A stretch of DNA of 64,000 nucleotides, taken from assembly GCF_036321535.1 (NCBI RefSeq), contig NC_087447.1:35094001-35158000 (forward strand), given 5' to 3'. How positions within the stretch are numbered: the stretch's first letter is position 1; every line of letters begins with the position of its first letter. Origin of the DNA: Camelus dromedarius (Eukaryota). Shown here in pieces: positions 35,001 to 47,000 of this stretch. A program made the position numbers and the translations under genes. The notes under the pieces were generated by a model that ran no database searches, had not been told where the DNA came from, and worked only from the letters and a program-made list of their open reading frames with translations.

Positions 35001-38000
35001 CTATTGCATATAGCCATGTGTGACCTTAATGAGCAGTTTCAGTGAAAGTGCAAAAGCCTAACTGGAGTGTGTTTGAGGAAAATGGGTCTAGTCTTTGAGC
35101 ATCAGTGGTTGTTAACATCACAGAGAGCTACCTAGATATCATGTGCTACCTGATAGAAAAACACCATCATCTGTGAAATGATCTTGCCAGAGAGAAGTCG
35201 GGGGTGGAGAGACAGTGGGGGTGAGAATGTAAAATTTAGAAAAATAATGAAAAAGATCATAACTTCCAGATCCAACTACTAATTCACAGGAAATACAAAG
35301 GGCATAGGAACACGTACATTAAACTATACCAAGGGAAGCAGTTAGCAATATCCAAGCCAGGGGAGCTTCTGTAGGACAAATGGACCGATTTCTTCCACAA
35401 ATAAATTTCAAAGTATAAATAGAAATAGGCCCACTGATGAGTAGGTAAATAAACTGTCGTATGTCAATATATTGGAATATTATTCAGCAATAAAAAGGAG
35501 CAAACTGCTGATACATGCTGTAACATCAACGTACCTTGAAAACATGCTAAGTGAAAGAGGCTGGTCATAAATGACCACATAGTATATGATTCTGTTTATC
35601 TGAAATGTCCAGAATAGGCAAATTGATAGAAACAAAGTAGATTAGCAGTTGTCTAGGGTGAAAGGGGGCAGTACTGGTGGAATGAGAGGGTGATTGCTAA
35701 AGGGTATGCGTTTCTTTGGGGGATGATGAAAATGTTCTAAAATTGATTGTGGTGGTGGTTGCATAATCCTGAATGTACTAAAAACCACTGAACTTTATGT
35801 AATTCACTTCAAATGTGTGAATTATATGGTATGTGAATTATATCTCAATAAAGCTATTATCAAACAAGAGGGTGGGAGAGAATCTATAGATTAAAAGAGA
35901 CCTAAAGGACATTTTAACAAATTGCAGTATGTGGTCTTTTTTTGGCTTTTCTTTCAAACAAACCAAAAAGTGACATGAAACTGCGTATTTGATGAGGAAA
36001 GGATAATAAGGAAATAGTGATTACTTTAGTGGGATACTAGTATCATGGGCTTATTGTTTTACATTCCTTTAATGATATGTACTAAAATATTTATGAGTGA
36101 TAGGATATGATATTACAATTTGCTTCAGAATAATACAGGAGGAGGGAAAAGTGAATGAGAATGTAGATTAATAAGATTGGCTATGAGCTGATTGTTGTTG
36201 AAGCTGGGTATATTGTTGAAGCAGGGGATTTATACTATTCTACTTTTGGATATGCTGGAAGTATTCCATAATAAAAAGTTTTAAGTAGAGAGAACAGGAA
36301 GAGGGCAATCACAGACAGCAAAGGTAGGCTGCTCCTTGCAGTTTTTGTTGTAAAGGGGCACTAAGAGAAGTTTGGTTGAAATGGAGGGGGAAGAGTGGTC
36401 AGGAATGTGTTTGTGTGAATAACACAGGAGAACGAAGAAAGTGTTTTTGTGCTAATAGTACTGATCCCATCGCATGGAAAAATTGGTGCTTCAGGACAGA
36501 AGAGATGCCTTTGAGTAGACCTCCTGGATTTATTGCCTAACTTTTCTTGTATTTTCTCCCTTACTGTCTGTCACTGTCTCTTTGTGCTGGTCTCTGTGAG
36601 ATTTCTTTGACTTTATATTCTAATCCTTCTATTGAATCTTTTGTTTCTACTCTCCCTTTTTTTTATATCCAAGAGTCTTCTCTGAGTGTTCTTGTTTCAT
36701 GGATACGGTATCATTTCTTCTTTCTTTGAAGTCATTAATCCTAATTCTTTTTAAATTTTCTTCTGCTCCTTGTATTTTTATTCTTACTTCCTTTCTGTTT
36801 GTTTCAGTCAGTGATGTGCTTCTTGCAGCCTTTTTTTTTTTCTTTTTTTTTTTTTTGGAGTAGCTGGATGTTCCTTTTTAAGAAAGAAGCACTAAAAGCT
36901 GATTGAAAGCTTTGTATGCACGAATGGAGCTTGTCAACTGGTGAGCTTCATTGTGTTGTGACCAGATGGGGATCCCCATCTCCTGATTTCCTAATCTACC
37001 AAGAGTGTGTACACCAGATTCCTAGTTTTCCTGGACTGGAGTGGTAGAAGGCAGGAATATGAGAATAAAATATAACAAATGATAAATTGCAAAATAGTTG
37101 GTATTGACAATAAATGCTGGAAAGGAAGAGATCATTATGGGTTAAAGGAAAGTCTGGAGAAGTATTCACTAAGAAGAGGGAAAGAGATGTAAGCTAGGTC
37201 TTCAAGAATGACTAAGGTTTGATTTGGCAGAGGGCCTTTTAAGTTGGAAAAAGCTAAAATGGAGGTAAAGGTTTGAATATATGGCAGGAGAGAAAGCTAC
37301 TGAGGTTCTTTCAGTCTTTATGTAATTAATGTTAATGATTAGTCAGAACCATTATACTTTTAAGAAAAATGCTATTAAGAAAATAAAATTTTAAGAAAAC
37401 TAACCTAGCAGTAAAATATGTGCATTAGTTTTAAACTAAATTCATTTGTGATTTTCCTTTTCAGTACAAATACAGAGACCTAACTGTACGTGAAACTATC
37501 AATGTTATTACTTTATACAAAGATCTCAAACCTGTATTGGATTCATATGGTGAGTTTATATAATAAAAATATCACGTACTGTACGTTGAGTTTACTGTTT
37601 TTATTAATGATTATAGGTTTCCCATTTTCCTTTTAAGTTTGTTGGTTTTTTTCATTGTAGGTCTGAACTCTCACCTAAAAAAAGTGTTGGAGGATAGGAA
37701 ATTACAAAGTCTAATTATGGCATCTTATATTTGTTTAGTTATTTTAAGTTTTAAAATACTACTGTAACATAGAACTATGTAAATTTAGACCTAGAGGTGA
37801 TGTTAATGATAGTTTAGTCCATCATTTCCCAAAATAGTATCCATAGTTGTGAAGAATGTTGCTTGAAGGGGTGGAGGGGAGTCTGTGGTTAAGTTTGAAA
37901 TACTTATAAATTAAACAAAATTAAATGGATTTCTTTGCAGCAAGATTTCTCAGAGCCTTTAATATGCTAATGTGTTGTGCCTCACCAAGAGGGGAGAGAA

Positions 38001-41000
38001 GAGAATATGTTGTTCAGTATATTCTGAAGTTAATTAACTAGTGAACCTCTTTTTTCCTCCCCAGAGCATCCCTTTATATTCTTAAGAACACATTTTGCAA
38101 AACTATATTCTAAACTATTCTTTTCATTTTATGGATGAAGAAAACACTTAAAAACTAGTGTCCTTAATTCTGTAGAGTAGGTAGGTTACAGTTTGTGTAC
38201 ACTTTCTATTGAGACGAAATAAAGTTGTGATTTAAGTAAGAAATTACAATATTTAGAGTTTTTTTTTTTAATAGTCTTTTTGTCCCCATTAATCCTAACA
38301 TAATCTCTCCAACTCTGTCTCCTTGTAAACACCTAATGTGCCAGGGCCAAGGACAACCCATGCTGCCTCCTGCCCATTATGAGGCCCTTGGTGATGAGGG
38401 CAAAGAGCTGAATTTTGTAGCTGAGACTTCACTCTAAACTCCACTCACCCCTACGGCTTTTTAAACAGCAGCCTGGTGACAGAAGTGGGAGACAGCAGGA
38501 TGGGAATCAGTCCTGAATTTCTTGAACAACAAAGACATGAACTGGAAGTCCTCTCCCAAATCTAGGGCACAATTCTGCCTCCTGGCCACAGACTGTACTA
38601 TGGTATTTAGATCTGCAAAAAAACATTTATTACCAAAATTAGAGTTAATTTTAAAATGGCTTCAGTGGGGGAATAAAACTAGGGCTAGAACATTATGGTA
38701 AGCAGATAGTTTTTACTGAATACTAAAAGAATAAATATGTTCATAAAAACTGACAAAGACTCCAGCATCATTGAACATAACTTTATATGGCTAGACCAAG
38801 TTCTAAATCATTGTTATCAACATTCTTTTAGAGTAAATATAACCCTAAAATTAAATAAGGTGGTCTTTTTAAAAAAGCACAGAATCAGAATAAATTACAG
38901 CACAGTTTATAGCTGTCAATATAGGTAAAAGAATTGAGGTGGAGGACAGGGTATAGCTCAGTGGTAGAATGTGTACTTAGCAGCACGAGGTACCAGTACG
39001 TCTATTTAAACAAACAAACCTAATCCCCCCCCCCAATTTTTAAAAAAAAATTAAAATTTTTTAAAAAGAATTGAGGTCAACAGTATAGTTCTGTGTTCTC
39101 GTACTGCACATTACAGCCTTTCCCCTATGTGGTACGGTGTTAATTCCAAATCATTATTACAGATAATAGCAGTCCATGTAATACAAATCATGTGCCCTAG
39201 TTAATCAGTCAGTTATAGGTAGGAAAACTTAATGTGATGTGAGAAATACTTGTATTAAAAGAAGATGTCTGATTTGCCTGGAAATTTTTTTCCTTTTTAA
39301 TACTGTGGTTTAATACTATGTTGGGATTGAGAATGACAGTGAATGGGGATAAATATCTAAGAAATCTAAAATTTAATGCTATTAGGTTAACATTTAATAT
39401 GGTATCAGTTAAGAGTGATTTCTAAGTAATTTTATAATCATTGGTTGGGGACCCAAAGTGCATACTTATTGGGACTGTAGTATTCACATTTATTTTTCCA
39501 AGTAATTCATAGCATCTTTTCTTTACTCATTCAAATGCTGATCCCATGAAGTGAACCAACAAAGGATACTTTATTATTGGATAAAATGTATGAACATTAA
39601 CAAGTTAGTCCTTTTCAAGGGTAATAATGAGTTTTCACCAGTGTTTCTGAAAGAATAACTTATATGGGAGTATCTGTGGAAATGCTCGTTGATTAAATCA
39701 TTTTCTTTCCTTTCAGTTTTTAATGATGGCAGTTCCAGGGAACTAATGAACCTCACTGGAACAATTCCTGTGCCTTATAGAGGTAAATGTCTTATATGAT
39801 TTATGTTCCAGCATAGATGCATTTTAAATCACATTTAGTTGCCAAAGAATTATAAGTAAATTAAGCCTACTTTCTCATGACTTTCATGATGATATAGAGA
39901 CTTTAACTTCTAATTGAACTTCATTTGGCAACAGCACTTAATATTTTCAGCTTTTTTTTCCACTTCTTTAACAAGCTGTATCAACAAATAAGTGCCTCAG
40001 TCACTGGAAGAGTTTAGTTTAGTAAAATCAGAGACTTTTAGAACTAGAAAGGGATCTTAGATGCCTCCTAATTTAGCTTCCCACCATATTCAGACTTATC
40101 TCACAGTGGGATGCTGTATAGTATAGTGGCTAAGATAGAAGCTTTACAGTCAGGGCATAGTAGGGTTTTAGTTCTCACTCTGTAATCTGTTAGTTTTGTG
40201 GCAATGGTAGTCTGTAACATTTGGATAATAGTACCTGACTCAAAAAGGAATTCATTTGTGATAATGTATGTAATGGACTTAGCACAGAGCCTGGTATATA
40301 ATAAAGAGATACCAAAAATAACTATATTTAGGAATGTAATGCTGATAATGGGAAATTATGTCTCTATTAGCCAGTCAGCCACCCTCTGCTGGAATACTTG
40401 CCATGATAATGGAGCATTCAGCTTCATGAGCATCTGTTCTGTTTTTGAACAGCTCTGTTTGTTAATTATTCCTGGCAATTAGCTAAGAGCTGTGTCTCTG
40501 TAACTTACCCATTGATTTTACATAGTACCTGCTATGCATAGGGGTTAGGGGCTCTGGATACAAAGGTAAATGAAGGATGTACTTTCTCTGGAAGAACATA
40601 CACAAATAGAGGAAACAATAAATAGATAGTTACAGTATTCTATAACTGCTATAGAATAATAAAATATAAAGATGCTATGAGATTATAGAGAACAAGAACA
40701 CATGGGAAAATCATGGAAGAAATAACATTCAAACTTGGTATTAAAGGATGAGCAACCATTCATAACAGAAGGGACAATCCAGGCAGAGGGGAAAAAACAC
40801 TAGAGCATCAGTATTTTGTAGAGCATATATGATAAATTTAGAGAGGGTCAAGTAAAATTCATTGTTACTGACTTTGCCTTTGCCCTGAGGAAGTAAGTTC
40901 TGGTGAGGGAAATAGATATGTGGGGAAGAGGGAAACAGGAAACTGGTAGACATGATTAAAGAAATACAGCACTATATAAGTTTAAGGTATATAGCATAAT

Positions 41001-44000
41001 GATTTGACTTCCTACCTCTAGAAATGATTTACCACAGTAAGTTTAGTGAATATTCATCATCTCTTATAGATATAAAATTAAAGAAATAGAAAAAGATATT
41101 TTTCCCTTGTGATGAAAATTCTTAGGATTTACTCTCTTAACAGCTTTCATATATAACACATACCAGTGTTCATTACACGTATCATGTTGTACCTTACATT
41201 CTTAGTAATATTTTATAACTGGAAGTTTGTGCCTTTTGACTACCTTCCTACGATTCCCCTCCCCGCCAGTCCCTGCCTCCGGTAACCACAAATCTGATCT
41301 CTTTTTCTATGTTTGTTTGTTTGTTTTTGAAGTATCATTGACCTACAACACTATGTTCCTGTTACACAGCGTGGTGATTTGATTTTTCTATATATTTCAA
41401 AATGATAACCATAATAAGTCTAGTTACCACGTGTCACCATACAGAACATTACATAATTTTGATTAAATCCCCCATACCCATAATTCATTTATTTTGCAGC
41501 TGGAAGTTTGTAACTCTTAATCTCCCTCACCCATTTCTTTACTCCCACCTTCCTCCCCTCTGGCAACCTACTATTTGTTCTCTGTACCTATGAGTCTATT
41601 TCTTTTTAGTTTTGTTTGTTTATTTGTTTTGTATTTTAGATTCCACATATAAGTGAAATCATACAATATTTGTCTTTCTCTGTCTGGCTTATTTCATTTA
41701 ATGTAATACACTCTAGGTCCATCCTTGTTGTTACAAATGGCAAGATTTCATTCTTTTTTTTATGGCTGAGGAATTTCCACTTTGCATATATACAACATCA
41801 TCTTTATCCATCATCTATCAGTGGGTACTTAGGTTGCTTCCATACCTTGGAATATTATTGTAAATAATGCTGCAGTGAACATAGGGTGCATATATCCTTT
41901 CAAATTAATGTTTTCATTTTCTTCAGATACCCAGGAGTGTAATTGCTGGATCATATGGTAGTTCTATTTTTAATTTTTTAAGGAGTCTCCATACTGTTTT
42001 CCGTAGTGGCTGTACCAGTTTACATTCCCACCAGCAGTGTACAAGGGTTCCCTTTTACACACACACATAAATTTTATCTAAGCTAAACCTGTGTTCCTTC
42101 ACTATTTTTCTTATGGCATAGTTCCTAAGCCTAAGTAATTCTGGAGAATTCTTCATTTGCACAAAGCAAAGAATTTTGGGTGGTGGAAATAAAACTGTTT
42201 TATGTATTAGTATATACTTTTGGATTTTTTTTTTCCATTGTAAAAGTACTTTTGTGTGAAATAAATCCAAAGTCCCATGACTAATTTCTTAAACTGAAAT
42301 TTATGTGTATATACTTTTATGAAGTAAAACTATTTCTAAGGGAGATAGGAAATGTATCTGAATTATGTTAGGTGATTCAAATGGTTGCTTCAAAGAAAAA
42401 TCTTTGATTTATGTTTAATATATTAACTCTATTGGAGCCTTTGAAATACAGTTCAGTTTGACCATACGTAGTCAGATTCGTCAACTGAGAGAAATTCTAC
42501 TACATAAAACAAAGAGGAGGAGATGACATCATTGATTCTGAAACTACTACTGAAAATGCCATATTGATTGGTCAAGCTGTGGACACTAATCAGCATCTGC
42601 TTGGCAGTTGGATTAGGTCTTACAGTCTGGCTTTTGGCAAGCGAATTTCAAGTCCAGTTTGTATCACTTTCTGATAGGACACCATAATGGTCTTCCTTCT
42701 ACATGCCTTCCCAGTGAACTTTATTAACTGAAATGGCAAGAGTCAAATAACAGAGAATGGCTTAAACCAAAAGATAATTTGTGAATAAAGTTTTTACAGC
42801 AGCAAGCAGTCGCTGGCAGAGTAGTGATCAATTAGCTCCTTAATCCTGCTGACGTATTTTACAAACTGAAAATTGAGAAACTGCACTTAAACAGAACCTT
42901 GAAGCATAAAATATTTGTTGTAATTTTTTTTAAAGTGTTGCTTAGTTGTAGCTCTTTCTTGCTTATTTCCTAAGCCATTACTGAAAAATAAAAATAGAGT
43001 AACTGAAGTTTCTCTTTCTCTCTCAGGTAATACATATAATATTCCAATATGCCTGTGGCTGCTGGACACATACCCATATAATCCCCCTATCTGTTTTGTT
43101 AAGCCTACTAGTTCAATGACTATTAAAACAGGAAAGCATGTGGATGCTAATGGGAAGATATATCTTCCTTATCTACATGAATGGAAACACGTAAGTATCA
43201 ACAGTATTCTGCGAATTTATTGTATTTTATATATTTTGTTCACTAGCATCTACTTTTTGTTAACACTCAAAGAAGATTCCAAGGAGGATAGATAAATTCA
43301 TGTAAGATCACTAATCACTGAGCTGGGTAATTAGAAAAGGCTCTCCAAAAGAAATATATTTATGTAGAGCTTCATAGTTTACAAAATATGCATAGTCACT
43401 GTTTTCTTTGCTTGAGTTGAACCTTTTAAGACTAGACAGACTTCACATATTGGAAATGCATTTTTAAAGATATGGTGGCATAAATTTGGGAAACTGTTCA
43501 AATCTCATTACTCAAAGTGTTCCTATCAAGAAGTAATAGTAATAAGAAACTTCTGTTTCTGCCTCTCATAGTATAGCTCTGGGAGTTCCTATTAAAAAAC
43601 TGGAAAAGGGAAACAAAGTACACAAAACATCTGTGCAGGGCTTTGGGGCTTTGGAGACCTGTTTTGAGGCAATTAGGACTTGCAGGGCTAAGATCCCATA
43701 GAGAAGGGAACTGCAAAGAGATGAGTCAGCGTTCGGCGTGTTTTCCTTAAGAGTATTTATTGATCTTGGTGGTACAGGGTGAGAGGCTGAGAATCTGGGC
43801 AGAAGGCCTTACCTAGAGGCAAAGATGTCTGTAGAGTTTCTAACAGTCTCACAAGGCTAAAAAGACAACAGTTGCTGTTCTGTTTGCGAGGCAACCAATA
43901 CTTTAGGAGCCAGGATTTGGGAGAAAAGGAAGCTACAAAGAAGTGAGCCAGGTAATCTGAGTTTCCCCCTCAGTGGATATGCTGAATTCCTAAACTTCAA

Positions 44001-47000
44001 AGACAAGATGCTAAAAAGCTAAGGTTTTAAAAAGGCTTTGAAAAACACAGCCAAATTCTCAGCAGTACCAGGTTGAAGAGGTAATAGGAGTTCTGAACCT
44101 TATCAAGGAAGAGGGGTTTAAATAAATATCCTAGGCTCTTAGTCAGCACCACTGGAGGAACACACCCCAGGAGTGGGAACTTGGCAGAAAGAGCCTTAGA
44201 AAACCTAAGCCTTGAATCAGCTCAGGCCCTGATTATATTAAGGTGATTCTCACAATATCTGCTGGCCAGAGGATAGAGTGAACGTCCTTGCTGGAGGAAT
44301 ATAATATATACAGCCTGCATAATTTTTCATGAACAGTGTCCAGCATACAATTTAAAATTACCGGGTACATCATGAGACAGGACAAAGAGGGAAAAAAAGA
44401 CAATAGAAACAAGACACAACCATCCCCAGATATCTCAGTTATCAGATACAAACTTAAAAATAATTGTGGTTAGTATGTTCAAGATAGAGAATTATATTAA
44501 AAACAAACTAAGTAGAAATCTTAGAACTGAAAAATACAGTAATAGAAATTAAGAACTCAATGGATGGGTTTAGTAGCAGATTGGACTCAGCAGAATAGAG
44601 AATTAATGAACTGGTGAATGAATACTTTATATATTTTTAAAGCTGTTGACTTAGGAATAAACCTTACAGAAGATGTACAAGTCCATTTTGGAGAAAATTT
44701 TAAATTTTATTGAAAGATATTAGAGAAGACTTAAGTCAAAGGAAAGAGGACCTTATTCATGGGTTAGAAGACTCAGTATTATAAAAATGTTGGTTCTCTA
44801 CAAATTGATCTGTGTCCTAACAGAAATTTTTGTTTCTTTGTGTATTTGTTAATTTTGTGAACTTGATAAGCTAAATCTAAAATTTATATGTAAATGCAGA
44901 TTAAGAATAGCCAAGAAAAATACAGTGAAAGGGACTTGCCCTGCAGATATCAAAATATATTTTTTAAAAACTAGTAATTAAGATAGTATGGAGTTGTCAC
45001 AGGAATATTAAAATGGATAGATGGAACATAATAAAGAACTCAGAAAAAGACCCACTATACAGGCACGCCTTGGAGGCTCAATTTCAGACCGCCACAATGA
45101 AGCAAATACTGCAATAAAGTGATTGATGCAAATTGTACAGTTTCCCAACGCATATAAAAGTTTATGTTTACACTATGCTATGTAGTCTATTAAGTGTGCA
45201 ATAGCATTATGTCTAAAAAAATGTTCACACCTTAATTAAAAAATACTTTATTGTTAAAAAATGCTAACCATCATCTGACAATGCAGAGTCGCCACAAAAT
45301 TTCAATTCGTAAAAATCGCAGTATCTGTGAAGCACAGTAAAGTGAGCATGATAAAATGAGGTATGTCTGTATATCAGCACTTGATGTGTAACCGTGGTAT
45401 CATAGCAGATCATTGCAGATAACGTTAACTTTTCAGTAATGGAATTGGAACAGTTAAATTGCTATTTGTATAGTACACAGAAATCACTTTCAGATAGATT
45501 GTGAAAGGCAAAAAGATCAGACTTTGAAAACAATGTAGGCGACCGCCTTCAGGTTCTTGCAGTAGGTGAGGTTTTTTAAAACAAGATGCAAAGCTTTTAC
45601 TATAAAGGAAAAGACTACTAAATTTTACCTTGAGTTTATGCAAATTAAGAACTGTTCATCAGAGACACATTAAAAAGTGTGAGGAGACTAACCACAAATT
45701 GCAAGAATATACTTGTAATACTCATCTCCAACAGTATAATATCCAGAACATAAAAATAACTTCAGGGAATCATTAAAAGAAAGAAACTCAATAGAAAACT
45801 AGATGACACTCTTAAACAAGTACTTCACAAAAGAGAAGTCCTAATGGCCAGTAAACATATGGAAAGATGTTTAACCATGCTAGTAATGAGGGCGATGTAA
45901 ATTAAGACCATAATGAGATACCATTATATATGTATCACATTTGCCATTTGACAACACCAAGGGTTAGAGAGGATGTGAAGCAAGGGAACTCTTAGGCACT
46001 GCTGATGGGAGTAAAACTAACACAACTACTTTGGAAATTAGTTTGGCATTACCTAGTAAAGTTGTTAAGTGCATTTCCACTCCGTGGTATATACACAACA
46101 ACAAGGTTTCTCAGCCTCAGTGCTACTGGCATTATGGGCCAGATAATTCTTTATTGTTTATTTAATGGGAGGGCTATCCTGTTCATTATAGGATGTAGGA
46201 TCCCTAGCCTTTATCCACAAGATGCCAGTAGTGTAACACACACACAGTTGTGACAACCAAAAATGTCTCGACATTTCTACATATTCACTGGGAGGCAAAA
46301 ATAGCTCCCCTAGTTGAGAACCACCGCACAAGAGTTACCTGTGCACATATATACTAGGAAACATTGCAATAATGTTCATGGCAGCATAAATAATCAAGGA
46401 CTGGATATAACCCAGATGACTATTAACAGGAGAATGAATAAAGAAGTTGTATATTCTTTCAGTGGAACACCATACAGCAATTAAATATAAAAATTATATT
46501 AATATAAATTAAATAAATTATAAATGAATTTATAACTGTCCTCTTTAACAGGAATGTATCTTACAAGCATTGCTGAAACATGTCTCAATAGAATGTACAG
46601 TTTAATTCATATGACATTCAGAAACAGGCAAATTTACTTACTGTTTAGAAAATCATTTATAAGGTAATATGTTTAAAGTAAAGAAAAGAATGATTATCCC
46701 CTACGTCAGAGAAGTGGTTACCTCAAGAGTAGACAGAGGGGCATGCAGTCAGGGACTTCTAAGATTTCCTGGCAGTCTTGTTTCTTAATCTGGATGATGG
46801 CTGCACAAGTATTTTCTATATTGTTATGCTTTAAAGTTAGATATGTTTTATACATTTCTGTATGTATGAAATATTCGACAAATCTAACAAAAAAGACATA
46901 ATGTCAGCTAAATTTGGTGTTTGAGGCTCTATCATGGAAGATCCTAGTTGTTAGCTAAGGACTTTGTCCCTTAAAGGCAATCAGGAGTCATTTTAGATTT

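Larger units (their letters stand above)
44350..46900 (+). mobile_element. Old fragmented L1 (L1ME-like) with nested DNA transposons
   Basis: Degenerate ORF1/ORF2-like segments (gaaattaagaactcaatggatgggtt; gaagactcagtattataaaaatg; gaccataatgagataccatta); approximate ends. Confidence 0.65.
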
